From NCBI GenBank assembly GCA_030704615.1, contig CM060731.1, positions 17,608,001-17,672,000 on the forward strand: DNA of 64,000 bases. The letters are read 5' to 3'. How positions within the stretch are numbered: the first letter of the stretch is position 1; every line of letters starts with the position of its first letter. The translations under genes and the position numbers were made by a program. This document shows, one piece after another, positions 51,001 to 64,000 of this stretch. Below the pieces are notes generated by a model. That model searched no databases. It saw nothing but the letters and a program-made list of their open reading frames with translations, and was not told the origin of the DNA. Source of the DNA: Takakia lepidozioides (Eukaryota > Plantae > Bryophyta).

Positions 51001-52995
51001 GTTTGAGTTAATTGGCACAGGTGCTGGTTTCCTTTTATTTCTAGCACGATGCTGGAAAATCTCCTTTATAGTATAATGAGAATGCTGTACGTGGTACATT
51101 AATTCATTTTGTACTCTATATGTGAGCCTGAAGGTCCAAGCAGCTTGATGGCATGCCATGTGGTGCTGTGCACCACACACATGATCTGTTTGTGTGTGAG
51201 GTTGGATTCGGTTGGAAGTAGGCTTAACATCTAACCAGAATAGAGTGGGTTTTGGATGAATGATCGAAGTTGGTAAATATATTTGATTATGTGATGGCAA
51301 CAACAGAAGCGTATGCAATGGAGCAAACCCTACGCCTTCAGAGAATAGTTGAGGAACATAACGGTTCAGATTTTGTGTTTGCCAGCACTCCAGATGAGAA
51401 AGAAGAGATTTGGCAGGTATGGATGGCTTCTGGATGGTTGTTAGACCCTGTCCATGATCTACTCATGTTTTATCATGAATGGGGATTCTATCTGGGTTGA
51501 GGTTCGTTAAGGTCCACTGTCAATACTCTGGCAATAATCTTTGTATCTTTCAGATTTTAGAAAGTAGCTTTGGTAGTTTTAGTCGTATGAAGGTCTTAAG
51601 TAGCGAAGAGAAATAAGAGTAGGACATGAATTGTGAGATGTGGGGCAAATGTGCAGATAAGAAAGGAGGCTTTCTGGGCAGCTTCAAATCTCCGTCCTGG
51701 TGCTGAGGCCATGGTCACGGTGAGCTTGTTTGAACCTCTATCCATGGCCTTAACCAGGGAGAAAGACTTCGTTAACTACCTCCCCAGTCCTTCCCACCCA
51801 CTGAAGAACAGTACTTTGATTTTGTATAAATTTCACATGGATGTGGACGAGGTATCTGGAGATGGAGAGGAACATGTTCCTGTATGATGGTAGAAACAGA
51901 GGCAAAGAGAGTCTGAAGTGTGAAGGTTGATAATGGTTGCAGGACGTGTGTGTACCTCTATCTAGACTTGCGGAGTGTATCTCCAAGTCAAAGTCTGAGC
52001 TAGATGCGTCCTCCCTCCCAGCGTACGTTCTTATCCCCTCTCCGGCTCTTTCTGTCCTTCTGAATGGAGATATTTCTAACAAGTGGACTAATGTGTCTCT
52101 ATTGGACTGTCTGCATGACTCTTTTTGGGCCTCAGTTTTGCGTTGTCTCTTCTCCAGCCACATCCACTGCTTCACTGTTGGTTATTGAGGGATGAGTTGT
52201 GTACTGGCCAAGGGACTTGTTTTTGACTGATGGGTAAAAGGATAATGTGCTGTCAGTTCTATCGTAGCACATGCTGGAGATGGGAACTACCATGTAATCA
52301 TCTTGTTCGATCCAGAAAGTGAGGACGAAGTCAGGGAAGCCACAAGCCTGTGCAGTGGCATGGTGCACAGTGCTCTCTCCATGGAAGGTGGGTTCCTCTG
52401 TAGCATACTCAAAAAAACCAAAGTGGTTGAGACAATGCTATTGCTCATGGGACTATCCGCATTTCAAAAGGGAAATAGGAACAAAGGCCTTGCATCCTAT
52501 ACTACTGTCTCATTAGAATAGTCAAAGGGATGCATAACTGTTACCTTACAATATGCAGTGAACTCCTTGCAGGCACTTGCACTGGAGAGCATGGAGTAGG
52601 AGTCGGGAAAAGGAAGGTAAGTCTGTTGCTGTCCTCCCCTGCAAGTATTTACCTTTCATTGTCTTCTTGAAAGAGACCACTCTCTTCCTCAGGAAAGCAA
52701 GCTTGAAGCTCTATTTACAAGCATACTTGGGCGAGTGTAGACTGGGACTCTTGCAAAGATTTCTCTCTCTTGGCTCTTCGAAGCTTGATATTAAAAAGAA
52801 ACGGAGAATCGAGGGTGCTCCAGGATAATCCATGCAAAACAGGAAGCTGAAAACTTGTTGTATGATGATGTGCAGTATTTGGAGGAAGAGCTAGGCCCTG
52901 AAGCATTGACAACAATGGGTAACATAAAGCATGCATTGGATCCAAGCAACATCATGAATCCTGGGAAAGTACTACCCGATAAATACTGCTATTGA
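41904..52995 (+). CDS. DLD: D-lactate dehydrogenase [cytochrome], mitochondrial (FAD-linked oxidase family), ~17 exons
   Basis: Transit-peptide-like exon 41904-42307, then spliced exons encoding [159 protein letters not shown]; stop at 52993-52995. The exon 2 start is uncertain. Confidence 0.95.
44511..44860 (-). mobile_element. RTE/RTEX-like LINE 3'-end copy in a DLD intron
   Basis: Reverse-complement match to the 47403-48960 copies, with a GA-rich 3' flank. A further ~30-bp terminal fragment sits at ~44890-44920 next to (GA)n. Confidence 0.8.
47403..49150 (+). mobile_element. Head-to-tail stack of 5'-truncated RTE/RTEX-like LINE copies in a DLD intron
   Basis: Copies at ~47403-47865, ~47873-48008, ~48045-48960 and ~48975-49150. 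The longest encodes [54 protein letters not shown] (C-terminal CCHC). The first three end GGCTACGGCAA(A/C)CAA(C/T)GTCTTATGAGTACA followed by (CT)n. Confidence 0.82.
49560..50430. repeat. Tandem repeat with ~105-bp unit (8 hairpin cores) and alternating A/B dimer structure
   Basis: Core GAGATATTATGTGGG-CTTCAACA-CCCACATAATATCTC at ~49571, 49676, 49781, 49887, ~49992, ~50098, ~50203 and ~50351. Confidence 0.93.
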
Positions 52996-54179
52996 AGGAC
53001 AACATCCAACATCTCAAACAACAATCCTCGCATGGGGAAGACACTTCCAAGAGTGTTGCGTCGCCGTCTGAGAGTGAGATTATGTGGATGAATCTCTTTA
53101 ATGATGCATCAGATGTATCAGTTGTCAATCTTCATTTTGAAGCAGATGGATGATAGTGGTCTTGGTAGCATATATGATTGTATTCAGAATATGACAAAGT
53201 GTTGTGTGAATTGATGTCTGAACTTAATATTCTCTGCCCTATGTTTTCATTGTTTTTAAAGTATATAAGGTGCTGTGATGGCGGGCATTCAAGGGAGGGA
53301 GTTGTGGGCTGGAAACATGCGTGTGGGGCAATGGAAGTTCTGTCGTTCGGTGGGGTGCTTGCTTCGCACGTCGGCTTTGGTTTTTCTGGTCTGGATACTC
53401 TGTTCGATGTTGTTGAGGTTGGTGGAACATGGGTGGGGATGCGTTTCTTCTTTTTTTGTGTCTTCGTTGTTTCTTTGGTTTGAGGGGAGCTGCAGCTTGC
53501 TTGGTGGGATTGTTGGGGGAATGCATGGCTGCTTGGGGTTGGGGGGGGGAGGGACTGTCTGCATTATGGGAAGATCAGGGGGTTCAATCCCCCCCAGTTC
53601 TTGGGCATGTGTCTATGTAGAAAGAGGTAAAGGTGGAGGACCCTCATGTGAAAGTAGTTGGTATATGGCAATTGGAGAGTGAAAATGTTATGGCGAATGG
53701 AAAGGCAGCCCGGGTCCACCTGCGATGGCGTGCAGGGAAGCCCTTCACGTCGAGGGGTTTTGAATGACGTGGCCCCAAAAAACCTGCCGGAAAAGGCAGC
53801 CAGCTCTGGCACCGGAGGCCTGAGATGGGAAAAACCACAAAATTCACCTAAATGCCCAGGTAATTAAAATAACTGAGCTGGCTGGTATTTATTTTTGTGA
53901 TATTAGGTTGAGTGGGGGGGGGCGAGAAAGAGCGGAGAAAATGATGGGGAGCTCTGCAATACCCGCTCTCTTGGAGAGCATGGGACTTAGACATTTCAGA
54001 CGTCTGTGTTTTGCTGCTTCGGATTCTCCTGTTTCCTTCTCCTTGCATGTCTCTGTGCTTACCCTCTTCCGTCCGGCTCCTATCTCCCTGCTCTACTTGG
54101 ACTCGGCGGCTCCCCCATCATTTCCTTCCGTTATGATGCTCTTCTGTCTTCCCCCCTCCCACAGGCATCTGTAGACAAA

Positions 54180-55770
54180 ATGCATGCCCCCCTATGCTCG
54201 TATGCAAGGTCGCATTGATGCTCCTCTCCTCCCCCATTCGTTTTTGACGGTAGCACCAGACAAGTGAGCAGCTCCTCGTCTTGATGCTCCACCGCCTGTC
54301 AGGGAAGGCCAGTGGCGGCCCTCTCTTTAATTCTACTGTCTCTCGGCTCGTGGGCCCCCTCCTCGTCGTTGGGTACGTCTTCCCACCCCTGCCCCTTCCC
54401 TTCCCCTCCTTTCTACTGCTCCTTGCGCTTTCCCTCATCTCCCTCCTCCTCAGTGGTTACAGCTGCTCTCCCTCTCATTCTCAATGGCTTCATGTGGTGA
54501 ACCCTCTTGTCGCAGAAGGTCGGGTGAACCCTCCAGTCCAGAAACTGGTCCAATCGTCGCAGAGGTCATATTGACATCTCCTCCATTCTGGGTGTGGGCC
54601 CCATTGTTCGCTCTCCGCTCTCTTCTAACACGGATACTGTTCTTTGGAAGGAATTGGTAGCTCCTGTCTCTGCTTCTCAAGAAGTTCTTGCCCTAGATAT
54701 GGACATCAAATCCCAGTCCCAAATTGTGGCTGAACACGGGACTCTCATTCACTTCCCTGGAAGAGTCAAGGACAGAGATTGGGCCCGTAACTGGATGATA
54801 GAACATCTAGGTGGGAGATGGGGGGCTTAAACATCAGTTCTGTTATGCTATGGGAAGGGGCTTCTTCTCTGTCTCATTCATTTTGCAGGAAGATGCTGCT
54901 AAGGCTTTGAGTTTCAATCGCTTGAAATCTCATGCAAAGTGAATATCTTCCCTTGGTCCCCCCACTGGGTCCACAAAGTGGGTGTCACCTGCAGACCTAG
55001 AATGCTGGAACTCCCATTTCTTCCCAGCAACTATCTCAGATCTCTCCCTAGGATAGATGCTCATTTTGCCTCATATATTGGTTGAATCAACGTGTATGAA
55101 TTTGAAGATGACCAAATTCTGAGTGTCGACTTGGTGGCTGATTATTTCGAACACAATCGTGACAGCGGTGTTTCCAAAATTGTGGTCTTGATGCTTGAGG
55201 ATGCAAAAATTCGTGAATCTATAAAGCTTGATGGCTCTTTCATCGTGGTCTCTGTGCAAGAAGAGGTTCTAACTGTTATTTGCTTTTTGTGCAACAGGCA
55301 AGATCATGTCAAAGCAGATTGCCCGAAGGCTAAGCAACCTAGAGACGACCCCAGGCTCGACGACTCTGACTCTTTTTGCCCCACTCCTGGGCCCCGTATG
55401 CTGCCCGCTTCTGCCTCCACTCCGCTCCCCCCGGTCAATGCTTCGCCTCTTGTCTCTTCTACAGGCAATCTGCCCCTCGGGAGGACCTCCTGCCTTTCCA
55501 ACACCCCCCCCAAGGTGGCAAAAATTTCTTCTCCTCAGTTTATGGCAGTCAGAAGTGAATGCCTCCCATCCAACCCTCAACTCATCTCCCGAGTCAAAGA
55601 GGCGGTCCCTCAGTTGGTGCTGCTACCCCCCTCCTCAAGATCAAGTTCTTCTCCTACCCCTCATGCCTCCTTCTCCTTCTCTGATGTTGACAATACCACC
55701 GAAGAGTTTTTTTTTTCTCCGCTCCTTCCCCAATGTTCCTTGCCCAATTTGGTCCCTAAACTCTGGTGAA
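54180..55770 (+). mobile_element. Degenerate L1-type LINE ORF1 (DUF4283-like region plus CCHC zinc knuckle)
   Basis: Pro/Ser-rich leader, W...HLGGRWG..GKGFFSVSF..EDAAKAL..IFPWSP, CFLCNRQDHVKADC knuckle and a Pro/Ser-rich tail; stops and frameshifts present. Confidence 0.7.
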
Positions 55771-58700
55771 AGATGCACTAGAGCTTCTATCGTTATCACC
55801 CCCATGGTCTTTGTTGTCCATAACGATGTGCCCAGGTTCTTGCTTACCCTAAGGTTCTAATGGGTTTCTGAGCTCTTGGGTGACGGAGTAGGAAGTCAGG
55901 GCCTTCGGAGAAGAAAATGAAATTGACCTGACTCTTCGCAAAATCAGGGACCTTTTTGCTTTCAAGTTGCCACAGTTCCATGTGTCACAAGATACTGTTA
56001 TTCACTCTAGTGAACAATCCGTTGGCCTCCTCTACGGCCATCATCCATATCATCCCTGTCATGCGTGGAGTTGACATAAAAAAGCAGCACATTCCATTTA
56101 CTGATAGCAACTGGGCTGATGCCTCCTTTTTGAATTTTGATGCCAATCCATGCATCTCCTTTATGTTATTCCATATTGGAATGCATATTGTTGTGGCTAT
56201 TCTCAAATCTAAGGTAGTTCAAGCTTTCCTCCCCTGCTGGAGGATGCTCCTTGTCGACGAGCCCTTGATGTGCGTGGCAAGGGTGATGGTTATCTAGCTA
56301 GGGGGTGGTGGCGAGTAGCGGTGTGGGTTGGGCTCGAAGAACTTTCCACTCGGCTGCGGTTAGTGCAGGGGATCTGAGTTGTGTTAGTGGCGGGTACATA
56401 TAATGTCTATTTCCTATCGACAAAGAACAATTTAAATTCTCTACTTCATAGGGCGATTTGCATTTCTAAGTCCTAGTGTCTTTTTATGGTTTTTAGTCTT
56501 GTAATTGCCTTCCAAGTATTGATTTATTTGTCGAGGTTTATGTAAGGCCCTACACAAAGCACCTTACCGCCCTTTCCCACTGCCCTTCCGATTCCTAGGT
56601 CGTTGGATTCAAGCCATCCTTTAAAAAGGGCTCATACTCTCCCCCTCAAAAAGTCTCAATTTCCAATTTAAAGTGGGGTTATAGTAATTCATAGCTCAAA
56701 TGGTTTAATTTGAGAAATAAATAAATGGAAAATGAATATAATGCTAATTAAAAATGATAAAATTAAAAAAAAAACCTCTGGATAGGAGTGTGGGAATGAC
56801 TTGGGAACGACTTGGGAACGTATTTTCAAGATGGGAGCGCCGGGGAGCAGTTCCCAGGAACGGGGAACATCAACCCAGTTCAACAAATGGAAATAAATGC
56901 AAAGCTCGCCATGCATCCCGACATGAATGGAAAAAAAAAGAAAACAAAAGAAAAACACCATTGGACGCGAAGGCTAAAAGTGGCCTATAGCATGCCGGGC
57001 CCATGCGTGCCGTGGCCATATGGCTAAGTGCAGTGGCTATTGCATGCCATGTCCACATGGCTATGCATGCTATTGCCGCATGCCACTTGAAGTGGCTATT
57101 GGGTTTTGGGGGGGGGGCGCTCTTTAGCAGTTACATAACTATGAAGTGATTAGTTGGCCACTTTTTATTTTACGTTTATTGAGGATGATAGCTATAAATG
57201 ATCTAATAGCGATAAATTGGAAGTTTTGAAGGAATTTAATTGTTGGAGTACGTCATATTTTCAGGGTTTATTGTAGGCCACCAACAGGAACTCCACTTGT
57301 AACTCCAGCAATGATAATGGTCAATAGCCTGGTATGCTAGCCATGCATTTTGAGTTTTAATTGGTCGTTTCTCAGCCTCTATGGCCTCCTGTAAGGTTAT
57401 TTTTTCCTTACCCCCCATTTTGTAACTCCCGGACGATTTATGTCCTTCAATAAAAGCACTCAGCGGCTGAGGTGGTGCACTTTAGCCGCTGAAGTGTGCA
57501 CTTCAGCTAAATAAAATAATAAGAATAAGAATAATTGGTCCAAAAAGTGGTCATGGCATAAAGTAAATTTGATAATAGGAATTGTAAGAAAACATTATTT
57601 TGTGGGCGGTGGGGAGGAGATTGGGAGACGGATATTGACGCACAAAACATGTCCATCGGTGGGATAGGCATGTGCAGGGAGAAGCCAGTGAGGATTGAAT
57701 GGTGCATTAATGAGGTTGAGTCATCTCGAATAGCTAGGATGTGATAGGAGAAGTTTTTGAAGTTGTTAGACTTCTTGATTATGTCTGGCCATATAGAGAC
57801 CATGAATGATGGAATGGGAGTAATGTAGTATAGGCCATGTGTCTATTGGAGGGGGTTGGGCATGACACATTGTGCAAGTTTTATTTGGGTATAGTGTTGG
57901 CCAAAATAGTTTACATCTTTGCCTTCCCTGTAATGTGGGTATGTGAAGTGTAATATTTGTTGGCCCTGCCCTCAGGCAGAGACTACGCAATTGGTTTCTC
58001 TCACTTGTCATGGACCAACTTTTCGAGGGACCAATGTTTTTTTTGGATGGTTATCATCCATTGTCACATCCATTTTGGAACGCATGCTGATAGAAAAAGA
58101 AGAACACATGGCATGAAGTGATTTTTTTTTAGGGTACTAGTTTAGTTCCAGACCAAATGAGGACAGATGATAGGGATTTGGAAGTAAATAAGGGCCCTAC
58201 GAGATATAAGTTTATTAGAATCGAGTGTAGGTCCGTTCTCTTTGGATTGTGGGTAGGAGCCGTTTGGTGCCTCGTGCTGCTTTGATGCGAATAATTGTGT
58301 GTGCACCTTGCTTTTTCGATTTGGGCCAGCGTCTAAACTACTCAGAGTACCTTATGGGTACCAAGGACGTGGTGGAGGTGGATGAGAAGCATGGAGGTAG
58401 ACGATGACCGTGACAAAGGATCGAGGGATGCTAAGACAATTCTGTATATGAATTCAATGTAAGTTACTTCTCGCACGGGTTATACTACTAATTTGCTTCG
58501 GAATTAGAGTGATGCGGTCATGGCTTTTTAGTCGTTAAGTTCTGCATGGATGAGCAGCAACAGGGGAGCAATTATGGCCACTGACCCTAAAAACCTCAAC
58601 CCCAAACCATATACTCTGCACCCTAATTGCGAAACAACATCACATCTTATCCTGAATTGGAGTTTATAATATTTGGTGAGATTCCCAATGATATGGTGGT

Positions 58701-61700
58701 GTTCATAACTTGATCTCTACCTGCAAAAGGCATCCAACGTTGTTTGTGTCAATATTTGTGAAGTCTGTCATTTTCTCTCTTTTTCTCGCACCTGGTAACT
58801 GGATTGGTATTGAAATCTCAAGCATCGCTCCTTGTCTCTTTTTGGTTTTTTTTTCTTTGCTTCGTTATTGGGTTTTGGGTCACACGTATGAAAGACTGGA
58901 ACATAAATTATAGCATACATGCTTATCTTATGAGGGAGTTTAATCAATTATTCTATACCAATCCTTGCTAATAATGTAGTCCTTAAATTGAAAGTTTCAT
59001 TTTAGTGTTGATCCAAAGTGCTTCTTGACTAACTTGATTGATCTTCAAGTTCATGCCATCAGCCATAAACAATTTGCCATCAGCTATCAGCAAGGGTTAC
59101 TCCGAAGTGACAAAGCAAAAGCTTCATCAGCTCATCAATGATTACATATTAAACTTTATTTATCAATTTTTGAGTTGCAATTTGTCTGATAGGAAATTAT
59201 TAATATTGTAATAAATTGTAATTATACATAAATCATGGTTTCAATAAAGAATCATAAACATTTTGTTAGTTTCTCAGAAAATATTTTATATGTAACATAA
59301 TAAATTTATTCTTTTAGTTTTTCTATATAATTGTCTTTTAGAAAATAAAATGTGTTCATTAAGTCAACATTTAACGGATCTGAAGTCAAATGATCTTTAC
59401 GTGGCTGTTTATTCAATGAGCTATTATGCCCAAGTTTTTATTTGAGCTAATTTTGCTCAATTGGCTTAAATTAGTTCTAAGTAGCAATGATTAAAGTCAA
59501 AGTAACAACTGAAGATAATTAAGTTGAGCATCCAATTATGCTATAGTTATCTCAGCTAGTTTTTCTCAATTAGCTTCAATTAGCAGTGACTCAAGTAAGA
59601 ATGTTCGTATAGCCATGTGGCAATAACTTAGCAAAAAAAAAAAAAAAACATTTTAGATGTATTAATTTTTTTTATAAATTGAAGCACCAAGATTTCGCTC
59701 AGAAATTTTATAGGATATTTTAATATCAACCTTCATAAACCTAACAATGAATCTAATCATTCATGACAAATCACCATTTCCATCTTCCATTTCTGAGATC
59801 TTACATTCAAAGAATCTACAATAACTTATAATTTTCAATTAGATAATGCCAATATATCAAGTGAGGTAGTTTGTCTGTTTGGTTTTGTAGGGTCGTTGAG
59901 ATCTCCCAAACCGTCAGGCCTCCATCCGTGGTCTTGATACCGCTAGAAAACCCTCACCGAGGCGGTTTCATAATTTTTAGATTAGGGCCCTGTGGGAGAT
60001 ATTGAATTTCAAGTACTTTTTGTCACTGAAAAATTCATGAAAAGTAGCAAATTGGCTTTGTCTCTTAACCCAAGCGCCCTGAATCGGGTCACTTTGAATT
60101 TGAGGTTTGACCTAATTTTTGCAGATGTAATCTGATGGGGCCCACTCCCGAAGCTTTATTGACAAGGGATTTATCTCGAGTATGATGCAAAAAACAAAAC
60201 TAAAAAAAAACAAAAGCTGCGACCTACAAAAAATATCTTAGATCTCTCATTTACGTTTTGGGCCTGAAAAGGGCTTGTTGACCGCTGATGTGGCAGGTAA
60301 ACAAGCCCAAAACAGATTGCACTCCAAAGGCCATTTTTGGCAGAAAATTAGCAATTTTGGAAAAAGCACTACACCATCTGGTGTGTGGCATTATATACAC
60401 ACATCCACCATTGGCTTTTAAAGAAATTGTAGAAAAAAAAAGTACTTCATTTGGAGGCACATTTTCTCTTGTCAATTTTGAGATTTCAACACCCCATGTA
60501 ATTGCATGTATAGCAACCATAGGTGAAAAAATCAGTTGGACCTGCAATTTAGTGGGGTCATAGCCACTCCACTATTGATTTGGAAATGGTGGGTCTTGGG
60601 GCAAGCAAAATTGGATAAAGCTAGGTTTTGATTTGGTCAAACAAATTTCGTTCTCACTTTTTCTTTGGGACCTGATATTTGAGGTCCGGGCCAACGCTAT
60701 AATCTCACAATTTCCACGGTGGACTTGGCTCATTTTTTGGTATGTCATGCATAAATGAGCTGCACCCACTACTATAAGGCTGGAATCTCTGGATGATTTT
60801 TGGTAGGTTTCTAGGGGCAATTTACTGCAGCTGGGTACCCAAGATTGGTAAAAAGTCAAAAAAAGGGCTTGGGAACTTGAGGGTTAAAAATGGCAGTAGA
60901 TTATGTGCTCAAAAGTAGAGGCCACATTACTATGGATTATTTCAACCACATAACATTATTTGTCTAGAACAGAAGAAGCATATTGGATCGACCACAATTT
61001 CCCTAGCATTTAGTCTCCCGAATTATTTTGTCAATCATTTCACAAAACTATGCGAAATTCATAACTATGCGAGGGCAGGGCTCGCATGTAACCATGCATT
61101 TGTTGAATTTGTGCATGGGTTTATGACCGGTGTGAAGTCCAAAAATGATTGGATAGGTTATGAAGGAGGTGTGGAGATGTAACCCACTTACTAATATAGG
61201 AGTTTGTGTATGTGAGAGAGGCATGCCAGGTCTTTTGTTTATTTTGATGCAAAATGGCCTTGAACCAACAACCAACATATGTAAGTATGCATACCTTTAA
61301 TGGAAGCAAATTGGGGAATTTTGGCTTTTGTAAGTTAGATGATGGCCAAAAAAGTTGAGGCTTGTAGTGTGTGATTTGGATCATTTTGGGGGTGTGATGT
61401 AGGTTGTATGACCTAGCTATGCAAATTGGCCTGTCACCTTGTTGCTTGTGATAACTTACCCGTATGTGATCAAACCTTGCATAGATGGATTTGGAGAGAG
61501 GAAGATATGATGTCATTATTGCTTTTAAGAGATTTTGATCCTACAGATCAACACACAACCTTCTGCTTGGGCTATGGTGTGGAGGAAGGAGGCCAGCTAG
61601 GAGAAACGGCGAGGAAAAACAGGCAGGAGACGAGTGTTTAGAACTAACATTATGTGCTAACATGTGTTAACCTAAAAATTTGTTGCTGCTGGGGTACTTT

Positions 61701-62198
61701 TAGCTGGAGCAACAGTTAGGAAAGCAGGCCGGCTAAGCCATTAGCAGGCGTGCTACGCTAGCAGCCTGGTGCGGCCGAGGCCTAATAATGTTATCCCTAT
61801 CATGGCCAACCTGAGGCTATGTCTTAGACCGGCGGAAGAAGATCTTTGCATGAAACTTATTGCAAAGTGTTGTAAATGGTAATCAACTCCATAAGCCTAA
61901 ATTCAGGGGAAGCTTTGCAGTACTCCACATCTTCCAAGCTTCGATAGCCTTTGTGAGCACACCCCACATTCAAGATGTCAACCATAATACTTCACAAATG
62001 CTTGAGGTTGCAAACATAGGGATCCAAGGGATTCAAAACCACGATAGTCAGCATTGTTCAGAGAATCAACTCAACCAACTCATGCCCAATGTAGAAAAAT
62101 TCAATTCTGCTGCAAATCAGTCCCTGGAGAGCTTCACCCAAATCACTGGTGGGAGAGAATGCCACATGCCAGCCGCATCCAGGAACAAAAACAAAGAA

Positions 62199-64000
62199 TC
62201 ATGGGAATTTAGTGAATTCAAGAACTTTCCAAACTATCTCCAAGCCTGTGGGAATTTGCCAGATAAACAGCCCAAGATTGAGCACATTCAGGCCTATGTG
62301 AAGACTCCGGGCAGTGTCGTTGCCTTTTTGCATTGCCGGAACAAGGGCAGCTGCCAAAGCCCACAGTACAGTAATCCCTGCCACAGAAACAACAACTCTC
62401 AGAGCTGCACAAAGTACCACCTTAGCTCAGAAACTTGCAGGAGACAACCATGGTAGGGGTATGACCATCTACTTCCAGAGTCGCCCACAAGTTCAGCCAG
62501 CACTGATATACAGAAGCTACGCCAAACAAAAAATACATACCTGCGCCTGCAAACAGATGAGGACCAGGAAAAAGTTTCCCTGTGCGGAACCAGGTATTAG
62601 AGCACCCACCACAGATGCGATGACTCCAAGGCCCAACAAAATGGACCCCACATTGAAATGCCGATCTCTGTACCCTCCTTTAACAAGCGTCTTCCTTGTC
62701 TGCATGCATATTCTTGCGACAATTGTCTGTGTAGTGAGCAAAAACCTCCAACGTCCAGGATCCAAAAGCATTTAAGTACAGCAAAGCTCTTGTCACCCCA
62801 AATGCACAAAGATACTAGTTTTATTAGGAACTGATTATGCCCTTTTCATTACCTTGTGCATTTGTTCCCACTCTGACATGGTTCTCTCAACCCTTCCAAA
62901 TGACCAGACATGTTACTTCAGCTAGTGGCAGAGAAAAAATTGAAAGAAAACCTGATACCTCAGTTAGCTCCTTTATCTGAGTTTCGACTTGGGAAGGTGC
63001 CGCCTGACCCTCCACCTGGGCAGGAACTTGCTTCTTCAAGACATTGATATCATCCTGTATGGTGCGCACGCGCCTCCACTGCCAGCCCAGATACCCCGCC
63101 CATACTGTGGTCACCAATAGGGATCCCATGATTATGGGATGAAGCAGTGATGCTGAGCGCCCCTCCAATATACCAAATTCCCCATTTCCTGCAAGGGCAT
63201 CCTGCACACCCCAAAATCATGCCCCAAGCAGCTGATTTCTTGAAGACAAGCTGGCATATATAGTACTTGGAAAATCGCATCTCACTATCTCCAACCTGTA
63301 GGTGTGCCAATCCAAAAATTAGGTACAACGTCAAGGTTCCTAACACTGTGAGAACCAGATTCCAATGAGGGTGACAAGTAAGAACGCACATGCTAACGCA
63401 TATGATGTCCTGTTCACATAGGTTTTGCACTGAGGTATATACTATTATGAATGCTCTGGATGGACTCTCCTCCATGTCTTGGTACTTGCAACCCATCCAC
63501 ATTCATTCCAACAGTCCATCGCATCACTTGTACATCCCTCACAAGGTGAAATCACGGGAACACTGTTCCGAAGCTACTATGCACGGCAATTCAAGGCTCT
63601 GCAGCCGTGCCGAAGGAGTGCAGTTCGGACTTAAAAGCCAACCGAGTGTGCCCAACTGAGCGTGCCTCTGTAGCCCCCCACCCATCGCGATGCCAACGGG
63701 AGACAATTTTCTGGGTTGGGGGATGCTAAAGCGCATCAAAATTGAATAATGGTCTCATACAAAAGGAAGCCAATGCTATGGACAGCGACCCATCGTCACA
63801 AATGTAGAGGACACACCTCAGCACAAAAAATAAGAGGCGATAGAGCTGACGCTGCGGTAAGCATCCATTTCTCAGTGAAACATGATTCCTCTTCTACGAG
63901 CTCTAGTCCTACATCTTGCTTGCCTTCCGACCCCTCCTCATCGGTGTGCAGCGTTCTCAACGAGGCAGATAGACCACAAACACGTTTCCCGGGGATCAAT
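62199..64000 (-). CDS. DUF4079-family plant/cyanobacterial membrane protein; 5' end lies beyond the window
   Basis: Exons 63817->64000, 62959-63201, 62541-62699, 62199-62377. GEFGILEGRSASLLHP..AGYLGWQWRRVRTIQ, RDRHFNVGSILLGLGV, NTWFRTGKLFPGPHLFAGAGITVLWALAAALVPAMQKGNDTARSLH..WQIPTG. One apparent 1-nt deletion at ~62609. Confidence 0.88.

Noticed and set aside
55860-56300. Possible minus-strand LINE endonuclease fragment
   Set aside because: The resemblance is too weak to support without a profile search.
61860-62775. Plus-strand ORFs of 198 aa and 153 aa
   Set aside because: They are antisense to the well-supported DUF4079 gene and its 3' UTR.

Overview
Eukaryotic nuclear DNA with GT-AG introns, most likely from a non-seed land plant (inferred from gene content and intron layout only). 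The first ~13 kb is a nested CACTA/EnSpm transposon region with two right-hand TAGTG termini (11853, 13147) and a 5'-truncated, disrupted TnpD-type transposase (8237-~10330). Upstream of the transposase is the most unusual feature: a 9-exon, ~1200-codon gene (1446-7723, damaged in this copy) whose product joins a ParB/Srx-like domain (VWDGNHRLLAW) to a bacterial/phage-type beta-class amino (N4C/N6A) DNA methyltransferase fold. Its putative first intron holds a 116-bp-period array of 40-bp palindromes. This could be a transposon-borne DNA marking or anti-silencing system with parS-like sites; that role is an untested inference. The rest of the window is ordinary host genes: a heparanase-like GH79 gene (15923-22971), actin (25962-27499), an arabinogalactan peptide (40351-40548), mitochondrial D-lactate dehydrogenase (41904-52995) and a partial DUF4079 gene on the minus strand (62199-64000). 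Between and within them lie TE relics: a Harbinger remnant, L1 fragments, (CT)n-associated RTE/RTEX-like LINE 3' ends, MITEs and a second hairpin-containing tandem array. All coordinates were read by hand, and no database searches were run.
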